Of a DNA stretch of 64,000 nt, positions 13,156-27,819 are shown one piece after another. The DNA is from Ptychomitrium polyphyllum (Eukaryota). The stretch is taken from positions 2,108,001 to 2,172,000 of the forward strand of contig OZ316775.1 of the NCBI GenBank assembly GCA_973851085.1, read 5' to 3'. Both the position numbers and the translations under genes were made by a program. The notes beneath the pieces are model-generated. The model was not told where the DNA came from, did not search any database, and saw only the letters and a program-made list of their open reading frames with translations. Each line of letters starts with the position of its first letter. The first letter of the stretch is position 1.

Positions 13156-15689
13156 GATTGTTTTTTTATTAAGTATTGTTAGATAACAAAAAAAAATTTG
13201 AAATTTAATTATATTTATAAAAAAAGATAGTATTAATAATCTTAAAGATATTGTAGCCATTAAAAGAATATTAATTAATTTATTATGAATTATACAAAAG
13301 ATATGAAAAATAGGAAAATACACCACTAAAGTAATATTTTTAAAGGAATAATTTAAAAAATTACTAATTTACCAATCATAAAAGATTTTTTAATTTATTA
13401 AATATATATTATATGCAATAATATCCAAATTAACTTTAAAAAATACATACAAATTATTTACAGCAGGGTCTTTATAATAATTATATTTTGTATTATTAGG
13501 TGATTTAGCTTGTAATATAAAATTATTCAAATTGGATTTTATGTTATTAAAAAAGATGGTTTATTTTATTTTATTTTAATGAATTGAACATGGATTTTGA
13601 ATTCATAAAACTCAAACTTGTTTATTTGAAATAAAAATAATTAAGTTTGATTTTTATGAATCAATAGATTAAATTTTAATTAAAAAAAAAATCAACTTAA
13701 ACCTATAGAACTTGAAACCAAGTATTTTCATGGCATTGTTGTGAGGAAATTCAAAGGCCTCATTGTATTATATATAAATTTAATTAAATTTAATGAATTT
13801 AATTATTTATATATATTTTTAAAATTTGAGAATCAAGTGTTGAATTATGATTTTTAAAATTATATCTAATCATATATTTCAATATTCTTCTTAAGTAGTT
13901 TTTCTTATTCTAAAAAAACTCATCAATTACAAAATTATGTTGTTACAATTATATATCTTCACTTAAATAAATAAAATTCATGAGATCATAAGAATTAATT
14001 TTTTAAATTCAAATATTTGGTTTTTTATATTTCAATGATTTAAAAGAACACACTAATTTTATAGTTAATGTTGTAGAATTAATTAAAAGCCTATGCACTT
14101 TAAGATTAAATTCAAGTTACATACTTCTATAATTAAAATTTCATCAAATACAAAGTTATATTCTTTAGATAAAATATCAAAAATCTATAATTGTTTTAAT
14201 TCTAAGTTTCCAAAAGACTATTTAGCAATGAATGAATTTGTTTTATAATTTTGATTATCAAAATTTTATAACTTCATTTAATATTTTAAAAAATAATATA
14301 TTCTAATCATTTAGAAAAGATCAAAAATACCATGTTTACAAACCAGTAAGGATTTCATTAACATAAAAATAGTATTTATAAGAAGTGATACAAAAATATG
14401 TAAGCTATACAAAAATTTAATGTAAATTGTTGTATATTAACACTTCCATGTAAATGTTTAATTAGCAAAAATAGCAATAAGTACATCTATTACAATTTTA
14501 ACACCCTAATGATTATTTTAATTATAAAATAAAAGATAATCATTAAAACCAAATAAAATATTTGATATTGCTAAAATAAACTAGGAATTCAACTTAATTT
14601 GTAAGGTTTATATAACTTCCTTTGTAAGGCAAAGACAATATATTCATAAAATCAACATTAAAATCATCATACTAGTGGACTATTAATAAATCAATTAAAT
14701 CAACAAATCAAAATCAACTTTAATCATTATATATTGAATAAATGCAAAAGCCTTAATAATAATTGGACAATAATAAAATGTCATAGATAATCCAATAGCT
14801 ATCTCTATTTTTAAAAATTAAAATAATACCACCTAAATAATATATTTTATTAGATTTTTGTATGTATTACAAAAAAAACCTTATTGCCTTCATTTATTAT
14901 TCGTCCATCTACACTTATAAAACTTACTTTTATTTTTTACTTCTATTTTTATTTTCTATCTTTTACTATTTATTGTTAATTTTTTATTGTTTATGTTTTT
15001 ATTTTTATTTAAAAAAAATTACAACTATACAAAGCTTGCATTAAATGCCATTGCATCAGAGATGAAATGGCCACCTTAATAGTTTTTAAAATTCATTAAA
15101 AAAAACCTTTAGCACATATTAATTAGATATAACATAAAAATTGAATATCACAACTTTTAAGATGTAACAAATTTCAAGAAAATTATAGAAATCACATAGT
15201 GTATTATAGTTTTAAAGCAAAACCGTCTTAAAAAAATTGGTGCAATGGAACAAAGTCATCATCATTATTTTTTAATATGATAATAGGACTTAATAGGCAT
15301 TGACATTGTAGTATAATAGTATTCAACTCCAAATAACTACTAGGCAAATTTTGAAATTATTTTCTTAACATCGAAATATGAAAGTCTTTTAACTTGTGTT
15401 TAGTTCTTGACAACAAATTTGATTGGCATCGTTTGTAATAAGCTTGCTGTACAGTTGTTTGATTAAGATTTCCATATGTCGCTTTTATTAAAACTTGTTG
15501 CACTTTGAGCACAATGATGTTTTGAGGGTAAAAAAGTCTTGCAAAAGGTACCTAAAAGTTTCAACTCCACGCACACAGGGCTATTCCCACGGTCCAGGAA
15601 CACCTCTACGGTCACAGGGCCAAAGGCAAAGCCAGGCACGGGATTAGGACGCACGGAAGAATTAGGGCTGGAGAGCTCCCCTTGAGCTC

Positions 15690-15713
15690 TAGGGTTTAGG
15701 ATTTAGGGTTTAG
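15690..15713 (+). promoter_or_regulatory. Telo-box cluster upstream of NOC1
   Basis: TAGGGTTTAGGATTTAGGGTTTAG about 170-195 nt upstream of the ATG. Telo-boxes (AAACCCTA) are established elements of plant ribosome-biogenesis and translation genes. Confidence 0.7.
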
Positions 15714-15884
15714 CGCTTCAGCAGCGACAGAGGACGAGCTGCACTACGCCTTCACATGTCATGCAGCCATGGTGATGGCGGAATTTGGCATTACATTGTT
15801 GTAACACACCGATCAGCGTGTTTTGTGCTTGAGTCCAATCTCAGGTGGATCTGTAGGAACGCAGTTTTCGAGGTTTAGTTGTGA

Positions 15885-18800
15885 ATGATGTCCGCAATGG
15901 CGGAGGTGGAGGCTCCGGAGAGCAAGAGTAAGAGCAGGAGCGGGAGCAAGAGCAAGAGCAAAGCGAAGAAGTCCACCGAGAGTACCGACTTGGATGGAAT
16001 TCAGGCGGAGGTCGCTTCATTCGCTGCGCAGCTCGGGCTCGTTAGTGGTGGTGCGTTTGGGGCCGGTTTCGATGATTCGGATTTTCGCAAGACGGGGCGG
16101 ATTGGAGAGGAGAAGGAGAGGAAGAGGAAGCAGAAAAGTGGGGATGCAGATGGGGATAAAGAAGAGAAGATGAACGTTGAGAAGTTGAAGTCGCCTGGTG
16201 GGAAAGTAAAGAAGGATGGCAAATTGGTGGATCCCGAGGTGAAAGGGAAGGAGCGAACGAGTGGTCGTGATGTGGGTTTAAGCTTTGGTTCAGGGAAGAA
16301 GGCAGGTGCTGCAGTGGAGGTGGGGAAGGGGAAGAAGAGATCGTTGCCGAGTGATATCAGCGGACAGGGGAATGAGAAGAGTGCCAAAAAGGGACGGCTT
16401 TCGGAAGGAGATTCTAACAATGACGCCCGTGCTCCGAGTAAGAAGCTTGTGTCGTTGGACAGATCGTTGGCCAAGTCGTTCCAGAGTGCTGCTCTGTGGT
16501 ACGAAGGAGTTCCAGCTGCTGCCGCGAACCCTAAAGCGAAAGCCGCTGAGGATGTGTCTGCTGGGGAGGGGGAGGAAATTTTTGCGATCAAACTGAAAGA
16601 GGCTGAGCAATTGATGGAGAAGGCTGTCGCAGATTATGAGAAATCTCGGTCCAAAGATAGTGACACGAGATGGTTGATGACTGCTCGAAGGTCGGGAACG
16701 TCGTCGGATAAAGTTGCAGCCATGACAGTCATGCTACAGGACAACGCCATGCTCAACCTTCGCACGTTGGATGCCCTTCTCGGTAGGGTTGCAATTTTTT
16801 CTTGGTTCGGTTGGATTGCAGTTGCATGACGGAATGCTCCTACTTTGCGAGATACTTTCGTTTTTTGCGTTGCAAATTATGAATCGTATTTAAGTTCGAA
16901 TTTTGACAGTGATGTCTTGATTAATATTGGGCAATCCGGTAATTGACCCGGACGACTTGTTTGCAAGTTCAGCTGCAAAGCTCGCCTAAATATCTATAAT
17001 TATGGTGACGATGATTGAGACGTTGTCGTGTTCAGGTATGGTTACATCGAAAGGAGGGAAGAGGCATGCGGCGATAGGCATTGAAGCTTTGAGAGAATTG
17101 TTTTTGAGAAGGTGAGTTTTCCTGCATTGGTATATCTTGAAGGTTCCAAAGCACCTCACAATGGATGATCAGCGTCCTGAATTAAGGTCAAAGCAGTGGA
17201 TTTCAAAGTATCAAATTAACATTTCTTTGAGTTCACCTAAATTTATTATGGCAGCATAATGTCTGAAAAGCTTCTGTTGCTGAATAGATGAGCTTTTGTT
17301 ATGGCTCTCTTTTATTTCAGGAGGCTTTTGCACGTTAAGTTGTGGTAACAAACATCACTAATAGCTGTTGTCCTTGAAAAAAAATGTCTGCAACAGCCTC
17401 TTACCAGATCGAAAGCTTAAGTATTTTAATCAGCAGCCACTATCGAGCCTTGCGGATTCAAAAGAAGGTGCAACTTTGCTTCTTTATTGGTACTTTGAGG
17501 ACTGCCTTAAGCGAAGGTACAAACTTTGATTTTATCTTGCTTATGTGATGCGTAACCCCTCTTGTGCTATATGTGAACTCTGGGCACTCTGGGAGTAAAT
17601 TACCATATGAATCAATACAGTGAACCAAAGCATGGGAGGATTGTTTGTCAATCTGCTTGCCCCATTCTCAGGGCAGAGATGTAAGTGCGCAGAAGTTCCT
17701 GATACTCAGTGGCCTTATCTCAGGTATGAACGATTTGTCATTGCCCTCGAGGAGGCCACTAAAGACACGCTACCATTTCTGAAAGAAAAGGCTCTAAAGG
17801 TCAGTGGATGTTGTAGGGTAAAGGGTGTGGTGAACATGAAAGAGTGGAATGTATGGATGGTCTTCCTCGCGAAAAACCCTAGTTTGTGTCCGTGTTGAGT
17901 CCGTTCTGACACATTGTTGCACTTTCGTTCCTGTTCCAATTTTCTATTTCCTTGTCTGCAGACTGTGTTTGAACTTCTGAAGACCAAACCAGAGCAAGAA
18001 CGCCGCCTTCTGTCAGCACTCGTGAATAAGGTATGAGAAGTTGCTAGTGTATTTGTCACTCGAATGTTGAAATCATTTGGTGCTGATAGAGAGAGGTTTC
18101 TCTTTGAATGTATGAGCTCTTGTGTAGAGTAGTCACTATAGAAATTGTTTGTGGCGTTTGACGCATGACTGACCATTGTTGCACGGGTTTTTTTGCAGTT
18201 GGGTGACCCAGAGAGGAAGGTAGCCTCTAATGCAAGTTATTTACTTTCCTGCCTCTTGACAGCTCATCCTGTCATGAAGGTATTACTCATGATGACTTGG
18301 TGCTTTACACACGTTCTAAGTGAAAAGTACTGCATTATCAACTCTCAAGTGGTTTATATACGAGCAGGTCTTGTCTATAGCGTATAAGTTCGTCTACGTG
18401 GGTTCTTGAGAAGCTTCCATCGAGATGCAATGGTAATCTACTTAAATAAACGCATCTCTTATGCAATGAATTGACTGACATGATTTGATGTATTGTGATT
18501 ATGTGTGGAATCAGGCAGTTGTTGTGGAGGAGGTGGACTCCTTCCTGTTCCGGCCACATGTTGGAAATCGTGCCAGATATTATGCGGTAAAACCCTCCTA
18601 CTGATAAGTTAATTTCGGAAACTTTTAGTTGAATTGTTTTATTACTACCTGCATTGATGGCCTGCTCGTTAGGCCTAGACCTACTTAAATGCAATAATTG
18701 CATGGAAGTGTTCTTAGAATTGCAATTTTTACGCTATGAACGTGCATCTGATTATCTGCGAATTTTGCATCCTCAAACCTCTAGTTTTTCATGTTAAGGG

Positions 18801-21800
18801 CAATTTTCCTCTTCTTTTCCTACCTTCATCAGATGCAGTGGCTGGAGAAAGTTATAAGGACGTCCTTATATTATGAGGGTCTTTTTGCAATGCTGCATTG
18901 ACATGCTGTATTATCATCTATGTGAAGATTGTGCATGCAAATTTTAATCAATACTATGTTTTTGCAGGCAGTGTTTTTGAATCAAATTATTCTCATCAAT
19001 AGAGGTGATGGACCCAAGATTGCCAAGCAGCTGATCAATTTGTATTTTGCACTTTTTAGAGTAAGCTTTGTAACTTTGTTTCTTCTTTTGGCTTTGCGGT
19101 TCTATGATGATTTTATAACGAGCTGCCTTGAAATCCTTATATTTGTACTATCAATCTCAGAGTAGGAGAGCTGTCGATTATAAAGTCAATTGTTCACAGC
19201 TATAAATTGTTGCAGACAGTGATTCTAGGAGATACCAAGGAAGATACCAACCAGAAGGGAAAGAGAAAGGGGCCTAAACATGATAAAAAGAAAAGGAGAT
19301 TTGGAGAAAAGGGAAAACAGGGAAATGATGTCTCTGTCGCCGGGGAAATTGATACCAGGCTGTTGTCTGCTTTATTGACAGTGAGTTGGTCAATCCTGTA
19401 ATCATGCTGTGTAATATGATTCATGTTGGGGATAATGTGGTCCTCTTGTACTCGAATGAGTTCGAATTGAAGTTCCTGGATGTTCTAGTTGCTCCGTGCA
19501 TTGCAGTTTCCATCTAGTTGATGTTTACCTTCAACGTGGCATTCTCTTTGTTTTTAATACAATTATTCAAGGAAAAGTCTGGGGATGTGAAGGGTGTCAA
19601 CAGAGCTTTACCTTATGTTGCTACAGACGACGTTAATTCTGTTATTGAGGAACACACTCCCGTTCTGTTCCGCTTGGTAAGGATTCTGTAACGTCCTTGA
19701 ATTGGAAGTGTTTTATACTCTGCCATTGTATTTTATTTCTTTGTTTTAAACATTAGCAATTTAGTGAAGTTCTATTCTGATTTTGGGGTATACATGCAGG
19801 TACATTCGGATAATTTCAACGTTGCTGTGCAAGCCCTCATGCTTTTGCATCAGTTACTCATAAAGAACCAAGCTGATAGTGAACGCTTCTATCGGGCCCT
19901 CTACTCAGTTTTGCTCTCACCAAGTCTTACCACGTCAAATAAGGTACAGATCTAATATTTTAAGATGAACTCCAGTATGAGTATTGGTTGGGTACCTGGA
20001 GTACGCTTAGAAATAGTATTCTTACTCAATCTTATAGTAATTTTTACAATTTGCTAGATACTGTAGTAGTTGTTACTATTTATTGTCAATATATTGTTAT
20101 TTACTTGTTACTGATTGTTTAACCCCATGCTTGTTTAATCACTTTGGTAAAGTAATTTATGAATCAAATTGGATGGGGTACTTGCAGGCTGAAATGTTCT
20201 TGAATCTTCTTTTCAAGGCGCTTAAGGAAGATATTGACTTGAGGCGCATGGCTGCATTTGCTAAGCGATTAACACAGGTGATTTTTCCTGTATTTACTGA
20301 TTCCACTTTCTCTTGTCTAATTCTAATTGTCCTCTGTGGCTGTTTATGTTTGATTATCATATAGTAGTTGATCTTATTCCAGCTGCTTATCTCACCGTCA
20401 CTTATTTAAATTCGCTGGAATATCAGGTGGCACTGCAACAGCCCCCAAATTTTGCCTGTGGATGTCTTTTAGTTCTTTCTGAAGTCTTGAAAGCAAGGCC
20501 AAGCCTCTGGTGAGTTATGTTGACATTATTTTGTGCTAAAATATTTAAGAGTGAAATGCTATTTGTTTTTGCTCTTGTTTTTTTGGAAGTATAATGTTTA
20601 TTTCTCTATTGCTATTGTCTGTCTAATCTCAGTTTTTTTGTACATGGCTTCGGCAACATAATGTCATTCGGAGTTATTTATGCATACTGTGTCCCCAACC
20701 CCCTATGCTACTAATCGATCCCATTTGCTACTAATACCGCGTGTCATTCTTGTGAAGGCTATGGTAAAAGCTCCTAGTCGTGACTGACTCGTCCTGTTCT
20801 GTGGTTTGCTAGGGATGGGATTCTTCAACCTGAAAGTAAAGATGATGAGGAAGAACACTTTGTGGATGTTCCAGATGAAGATTCAGCTGATAAAGCACTT
20901 TATGTTACACTTGAACCCAATTTAGAAACAAATGGCTCATCTGAAGCCGTTAGTGGGAGTGATTCTGATGCTGAGATAGGAGAAGATGATATGGTTGACG
21001 GATCCATTCGCGATTTTGAAGATGATGGAAATGATAGTAGCTCTGATGAAGAAGGTGACACAAAAAAAGCGGTACGAAAAGGAAGCAAGAATGTGAAACC
21101 GAAGACATCTGTAATTGGGAAGGAAGTGAGTCAACATTTAGCAGAGCCTCCTGTCCAAGATGCTCCTGAAGAACCAGAGCAGAAGACTTGGCCACTTGAG
21201 GGCTACTACGATCCTCGGCATCGAGACCCTTCTTACTGGTATTTTATCTTTAATAGTTTGATAGGATCCTTGTGTAACGTTGTTGTCTCTATTATCGCCT
21301 TGAGTTAGATTGTATTCGTATGTTTAGAGCATTAGAGTTGCCTATATTATGTATCATAGGAGGATCAGCTCTAGGTCGTGGTTGCCGGTTATGACTTATC
21401 ACTGTGCTTGTGCACTTTGTAGCAATGCTGACAAGGCGTGTTGGTGGGAGCTTACGGCACTTGCAAGTCATATGCATCCATCAGTGGCCAGCATGGCCAG
21501 AACGTTGCTGTCAGGTGCCAATGTGGTGTATTCAGGTGACCCGTTGCGTGATCTTGTTCTTGGTGCCTTCTTGGATCGCTTTGCTGAGAAGAAGCCAAAA
21601 GCCAGAAAGCAAAAAGAAGATGGTAGCATGCCAATGGCTGGAACAGATAAGACGGTACAACGTCGCCTCTCTTTGCTCTTATTCTGGTGTTATTGGCTTA
21701 CCGTCGACGTTATATACGGTATACTAAGTTTTTGTGCTTAACTTCCGGTTTGTTATCCTATTAATAGGTTGTCAAGCGGCTTGTTGGAGAAGAGCTTCTA

Positions 21801-22580
21801 GCTCTAGATGAAAACGAAGTTGCTCCTGATGACGTTGTCTTCCACAAGTTTTACCAAGCGAAGGTCAGCAACCGCAAGGTGAAGAAGGCGAAGCATAAGA
21901 AGGATGACGAGGATGAGGATATAACAGGACTAGATGATGTGGATGTAAGGGATGGTGATGATAGCGATGAGGATGAGGTAGATGCTTTACTGGAGCGGGA
22001 TGAAGGTCGGGAAATGGGATCAGCAGGAGAAGATGAACCTGACGATGAAGATGAGAGCGAAGGAGAGTTTGACTATAACAAAATGGAACATACTTTTGAC
22101 ATGGAAGAAAATGATGAGGATGAGGAGTTGGACGAAGGAGGTTCTGATACCTCAGCCCAGACGAAGAATAAGAAGGGTAGCATTGTAGAGGCCACGGACA
22201 ATTCGGATGATTCGTATGGCAGCGAAGATGATTTTGATTTAGGCGAATATCCAGAAAGTGAATCTGAAGGTGATGACAGTGATGGAAGCATAGAAGTGGG
22301 TGATCTACCATCTGACGAAGAATCTAAGCCCAGTAAGAAGAAGACATCAGCAATTAGCGACAAAGGGGTTAAGAAAGGTAAATTGACTGTTGAAGGCAAA
22401 TTAAAGAAGACGAAGAAGAAGCAAGTGGATGTTCTGGAGGTTCCCTCTGGGAAGAAGGCAAAATCTAAGTCATCGTTTGCAAGTTTTCAGGAGTACAAGG
22501 ACATAATAGAACGGGATGAGGCTCCTACTGGGAAGAGTGGAAAGGACAAGGGGAAAAGGACAAAGTCCAACAAGGATTGA
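15885..22580 (+). CDS. NOC1: Nucleolar pre-60S factor NOC1/Mak21/CEBPZ (CBF domain; Arabidopsis SWA2/EDA25-like), about 1173 aa; 16 exons: 15885-16782, 17036-17111, 17397-17516, 17724-17799, 17962-18030, 18199-18279, 18515-18586, 18968-19060, 19216-19380, 19593-19676, 19800-19943, 20188-20277, 20427-20509, 20813-21238, 21423-21654, 21768-22580
   Basis: Family motifs SGTSSDKVAA, LLPDRKLKYF, KPEQERRLLSALVNKLGDP, LLSALLTGVNRALPY, RFYRALY, YDPRHRDP, WWELTALASHMHPSV and GDPLRDL..FLDRF, plus an acidic C-terminal tail ending in SFASFQEY. All introns are GT-AG with consistent phases. Confidence 0.93.
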
Positions 22581-25500
22581 TATTATTGTAGAATATAGAA
22601 ATGTTGCATAGATGTAACTGCAGGATTGAAATTTAGGTCTTTGTCGAAATTTGAGATGAAACAACATAGATACCATCTTATGATTATATGAGTAAGTAGA
22701 AAACGGTAGAGTACTACTTTCCTACCACGAAATTTTGTGTAACTTATTTGTGTTTGATACGTGATTATGTTCCATGTTCAAGTGCAGCATAAGTTCTATT
22801 TTCACTATGCTTGCCAGTATTGTGCCTGCCAGTTTTAGTCGGGATTAGATCCGAAGTTGAGTTGACGCAACTTGAAGTGGATCTACTCAAGTTGCGTTAC
22901 TAACGTATATCTTCACTGTGTGTAAAATCATTTCTAGCATGGTCACTTGCCAAGATCAGGGCGTGCATCACGCATGTCTTGATTCTCTGGTGGCCATTGA
23001 CAGCTCTCTTGAATCATTTGATGGTGGTCGTTGGAATGATCTAGTGAAATGCTTGTGGCCACAGCAGAACTCACCAAAATGGTTGGTGCACAACGTCTCC
23101 GGGCAGGAAAAGAATTGAAGATCTTGTAGCTCCATACTACTGCTTTTCCATTCAAGCTTCATGACTTTCGTTCCTCAAACCTACCAACGGTCTGAAGGGT
23201 TTGTCAGAAGCAACGTTAGTGCTATATTGGGTACATCTTTTCTATATTTGCTCGGACACAAGGTTTCTATATGGGCTTCTTACCCCAAGGCTCAGTGCCC
23301 AAGCAAAAATATCACTTTCCTCCTCCATGTTTGAAGATAGTAACTTCCTACATGCATCTAAACTACGTTCTGCGTCTAAATGGTCTGCCTTTCTCCCGGG
23401 CGGCCTCGACAAAGGTCCAGCCCTCCCGACTCTCACCTTCTTCACCTGCGCTCCCAGCCATCGCCTGCTCTTGTCCTTCACTACACCTCGTCTTGCTTCA
23501 CTCACGTCAAAACTATGTGCAGGGCAGGCTGGCACAAAGCACCTGCAATAATTTGCTCAGTTCAGAAATGTCTCAAAGAGGAATATTCCTCCTCTACTAT
23601 GCAATCCCATTCTTTTGTTTCATTGCTGTGCTTTGGTAGTAGACCTCGCAGGCTGGAACTGCCAGGACAGAAGGTAGGACAGCGGCCAAGACAGCTCCTA
23701 GGTTTGGCTCTGATTTGAAAAGTAGAAGTTAAACCAAGACGTCACTCAGCTGCACTTGTTTAGAGAACAGCTTACTCATATTCAGACTGAAGCTTACTCA
23801 CACATATCCACAAGCACAAGACACAATGCTCATCCTGGACGAAACAAGGCATGTTGCTGCAGTGCATGTCCATGATGTGCAACTCAGTTGTGAACACATC
23901 AGCTCAAAAAACAAATCTGATTCTCGAAATCAGAAAATTGGAAGTAAGTTGGACTGAAGCTCTGAACTTACAAACAATTGGCTGTTCTAGCGGACAAAAG
24001 CTGTATAGAACTATCTAGATTTATGAACAAGTGAAGAATTAGCAGGCAGGCCAGCCTCTACGGTGATCACAAGTGTTGAATGACATATCACAAAGAGCTG
24101 TCATGGGGCTGTCCTATGGTTGTCTACATTCAACAAAACCACAATGGGCATTTGAGGGTTATTGTTACTTGTACAATAGCCTATTTAGTTTGTTCATTAA
24201 AATCTTCCAACACTTTCAGATACTTCAACTTTGCAAAGGAATTACTAAGTCATTTACTTCATAAGTATTTTATAATTAGTAACTGAGTTGTAAACATATC
24301 AGTTACTAATTGTATGCTGTTTTTTTTATTGTATTGATAGTTGATTTAATTTGATTTAATCTTAAAAACTTAGTTAATATACTAAAATTGAGTGAATTGA
24401 GGTAATGATAATAATAGATTCATATACCATTTTGAAAGATTCGGTTCATATCAAATGAAACTAAACAAGCTTCAATTTTAAGTACTTTTGGAAATATATA
24501 CAAAAACAATGATTATTTGTAATCTTTATTGCATTTAGTTGTTTAGGCATTAGAAATAAACTAACTTTAATCAAGTCATGAAGATTCTAATTGAGAGAGA
24601 GGCAAAAATTCTATTATATCATAAAATATTAAAAGTTCACATGTTCCAAGGAAATAAAAAGATGTATTTGTATTAATAATTGATGTTGAATTTTAATTGA
24701 AGGCATCTTTTATATTTAACATTTAAGGTTCTCAAAAATTAATGTTGAAAACGTTTATTCTTTTTTCATAGAACTTACTTCTATAAAAACATCATCAACT
24801 ATGATTTGTAAATAGTCTTTTGGCTTGATTACAACAAAATCATCTTGTTTAATTACTTATCAAATTTTCTTTTAACTAAAATTACAAAATAGTATTGAGA
24901 TTTTAACAAAAATTGGTATAAAACATTTCACAATAATTTTAATTTGTAGCTAGTTGCAAATAGTTGCAATTATTTATAAAGATCTTTTTGTATTATGAAT
25001 TGTAATTTATTTACATTACTTATCATTTTCTTTAATCTTCTTTGATTTTATTGACGTTTTTTTAATGTTTTTATTTCAATTATTTTTTGATTTTATTATA
25101 AAGAAGTGGTATAATTGTAAAAATCATACTAAAATAAAACCTTGGATATAAAACTAAAAGCTTTGAAAAAATAATATTGTTGGTGATTCTATGAATCTTT
25201 ATATATTTAACAAATATTCCATTTTGTCTTACAATTTACTTTATAAGATGCTAATAGTTCACTTTACTTGCTTATATTCTTGAATTAAATATAAACACCA
25301 ATAAAAAAATATCAATAAATCATTAAAATTAAATCACATGTTTTAAGGATATACCAATATATTTTTTTTTGTCAATTATATAATTTTTTAACATCATTGT
25401 GATAAATTGTCATATTTCAAATGACATAGTTGAATTCCATAACATTTGCTTATCATTAATTCAATAAGTGTCAAAATAACATATTTAAGCTTCATTCTAA

Positions 25501-27819
25501 ATAAAATAAAATAAATCAAATCTTATTATGTTTTAATCAAAAACATTCAATTAATAATAAATTGATGTTGCATTTAGATGAAGTCAATGTTGTATTACCA
25601 TTAAACCTTCTGTTATCTTAATTATTAGTCATTTTAATACTATATTATTATAATTTTAGTGACAAAATTATTTTTTGAAATTTATTTATGTATTTGTAGT
25701 GATTATAATTTGATTTAAAATTGAGTTGCAAATATTGCATATGTTTTATATGCTTATTATTTCATATAATTCAATTGGTAATAGTATTTTTTGATAACTT
25801 GCGCAAATTTTGAAAATCAAAAATAAATTATACAATATATAATTTAATTGATAATTATCAGAAACATGATGATTTCAATTTGAAAAATATATGTTTTTGC
25901 AAGTTTGACTAATTTGATTGTTAAATTTCTTATGGAATACTTTTTTATTTATTTATTCAGCATGACAAATGTTTTTTTTTTGCAGCATTTTATATAATTG
26001 TTGGAAGTTTTTTAAACAAAGTAAAGATTTTTTATTTATTCAAAAATTCTTTGTTTAATTTCAACAATAATTCTCTTGTTTTATTACAAATATTGATGTT
26101 CCGATTTCTATAAATAACCATCTTTGGAAATTTATATTAAAATATAAATTTTTTATTTGAATGTATATATAATAACAAAATATATATAGAATCTTTTTAA
26201 GCAATTATGACAAGACAAAATCAATCTATTCCAAAGACAATATAATAATATTTAATTTTTTGTCTTCTTTTCAAACTTTATATATTTTTTAATATTATTA
26301 AATGTTTTTTTAATTCTTTTCTGAAGATAAATAATAATCAAATCGATTTTTATTCAACCTTTATATTAGTGGTGTATAAATTTATGATTTAAAATGATTA
26401 TTAGCTTATTATGTAAAAAAAATATTAATAAGTATCTAATCTAGAGTTGTCTAATTTCAATTATAAAAACTTATATTTTACAAAATATAAATCCTTTATG
26501 TTTATTGTACAAAATTAAATGAACCATAAATCTAATTCAATTTAAATCATTCCAATCACCTAAATAATCCATTAATTTAATACAATTTATTTTGTGTTTA
26601 ATTAATTGTTTCATGAAACATCATTTTTATAATATACATTAAATATGTTTAATACTAGGCCAAGTTGTCTACATTTCAATATCTCCTTAGATTCCTTTGA
26701 AGTTTTGAAAATTAAAAAAAAATTGTATAAAACGTACAATATAATAATTTAATAAATAAAATTTGAAAAGTTCATAAAAAATAAAAATATTTTTTTTAAT
26801 ATTTTTTTAAGAATCAATATATATGCAGTCTTTGCTTGTCCATTAATTTATATTTATGTCTACAAGACGCAAAATAAGAATGTAAAATTAGTAAATTCCA
26901 TTAAAAAATAAACATTACACTATACTACTACTTTAATAAGAATCAACATAAAACAAAAACTAAAAAGAATATAAAAGAATATATTTGTGAAAATTCATAG
27001 TTTATAAAAGAATTCATTTGCAGAAGTTCATAGTTTATAAATTGAATTTGTACACAGTGCATGTTTAAAGCTTTAAATTTCCTTGCTAGTAAATTTAAGA
27101 ACTTGTTTTATATCATTGATTCAAGTTCAAATTCTTTAACTTAATTAAGCAGTATACATTAGTTGGCATTATTGATAAAAAATAAATTGAAGCAACAAAT
27201 ATAATTGTTATATTGATTAATTGAATATACTAAAAAAATTGTATAAAAAAAATAACTCTAACTTTCAAAGTCACTATTATAAATGTAAAAAGTGGATATA
27301 TAATACTCCATACTTAGATTCCAAAGTTATATGTATGTAATGCTTTATTAAACATTGAAGTAAAATAAGTCTTGTATTTAGCTTGATCATCATAGAAGAG
27401 TCTAAAAAGAAAAATAAAATGAAATGTTTAAAAGTGGGATTTACCATATATAATAAATATAGAAGTTGATCAAATTTTAGATACAATTAATAAACATGTA
27501 TTAGAAGTTTAAAAATGACAACAATATTAAGCTAATACTTTTAATAGAAATTAATTATTTAATGATTAGAAAATATTGAACATCTATATATTTAAAATCT
27601 ATTAAAAATTGTAGTAATTATTCATATGATATCTTAAATTAATATTAGTTAATTTGTGAAAATCAACATTATATTGACTTTTATTTTTTATATACAAGGT
27701 TAAAACTAAATAATGAAATTGAAATGAAATCACATAAATGTCTGAATGAATTTATTTTCAATTGAGAATATGAATAAATGTAAAAAGACACATTTCCATC
27801 ATAATATTGTCAGGTGAGG

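Noticed and set aside
16001..16610. Antisense and alternate-frame ORFs over NOC1 exon 1 (also 21865-22399)
   Set aside because: Shadow ORFs of the low-complexity K/E/D-rich coding strand.
22918..23718. Cluster of 60-120 aa ORFs downstream of NOC1
   Set aside because: The composition is coding-like, but there is no recognisable family, clear start or exon chain. Left unresolved.
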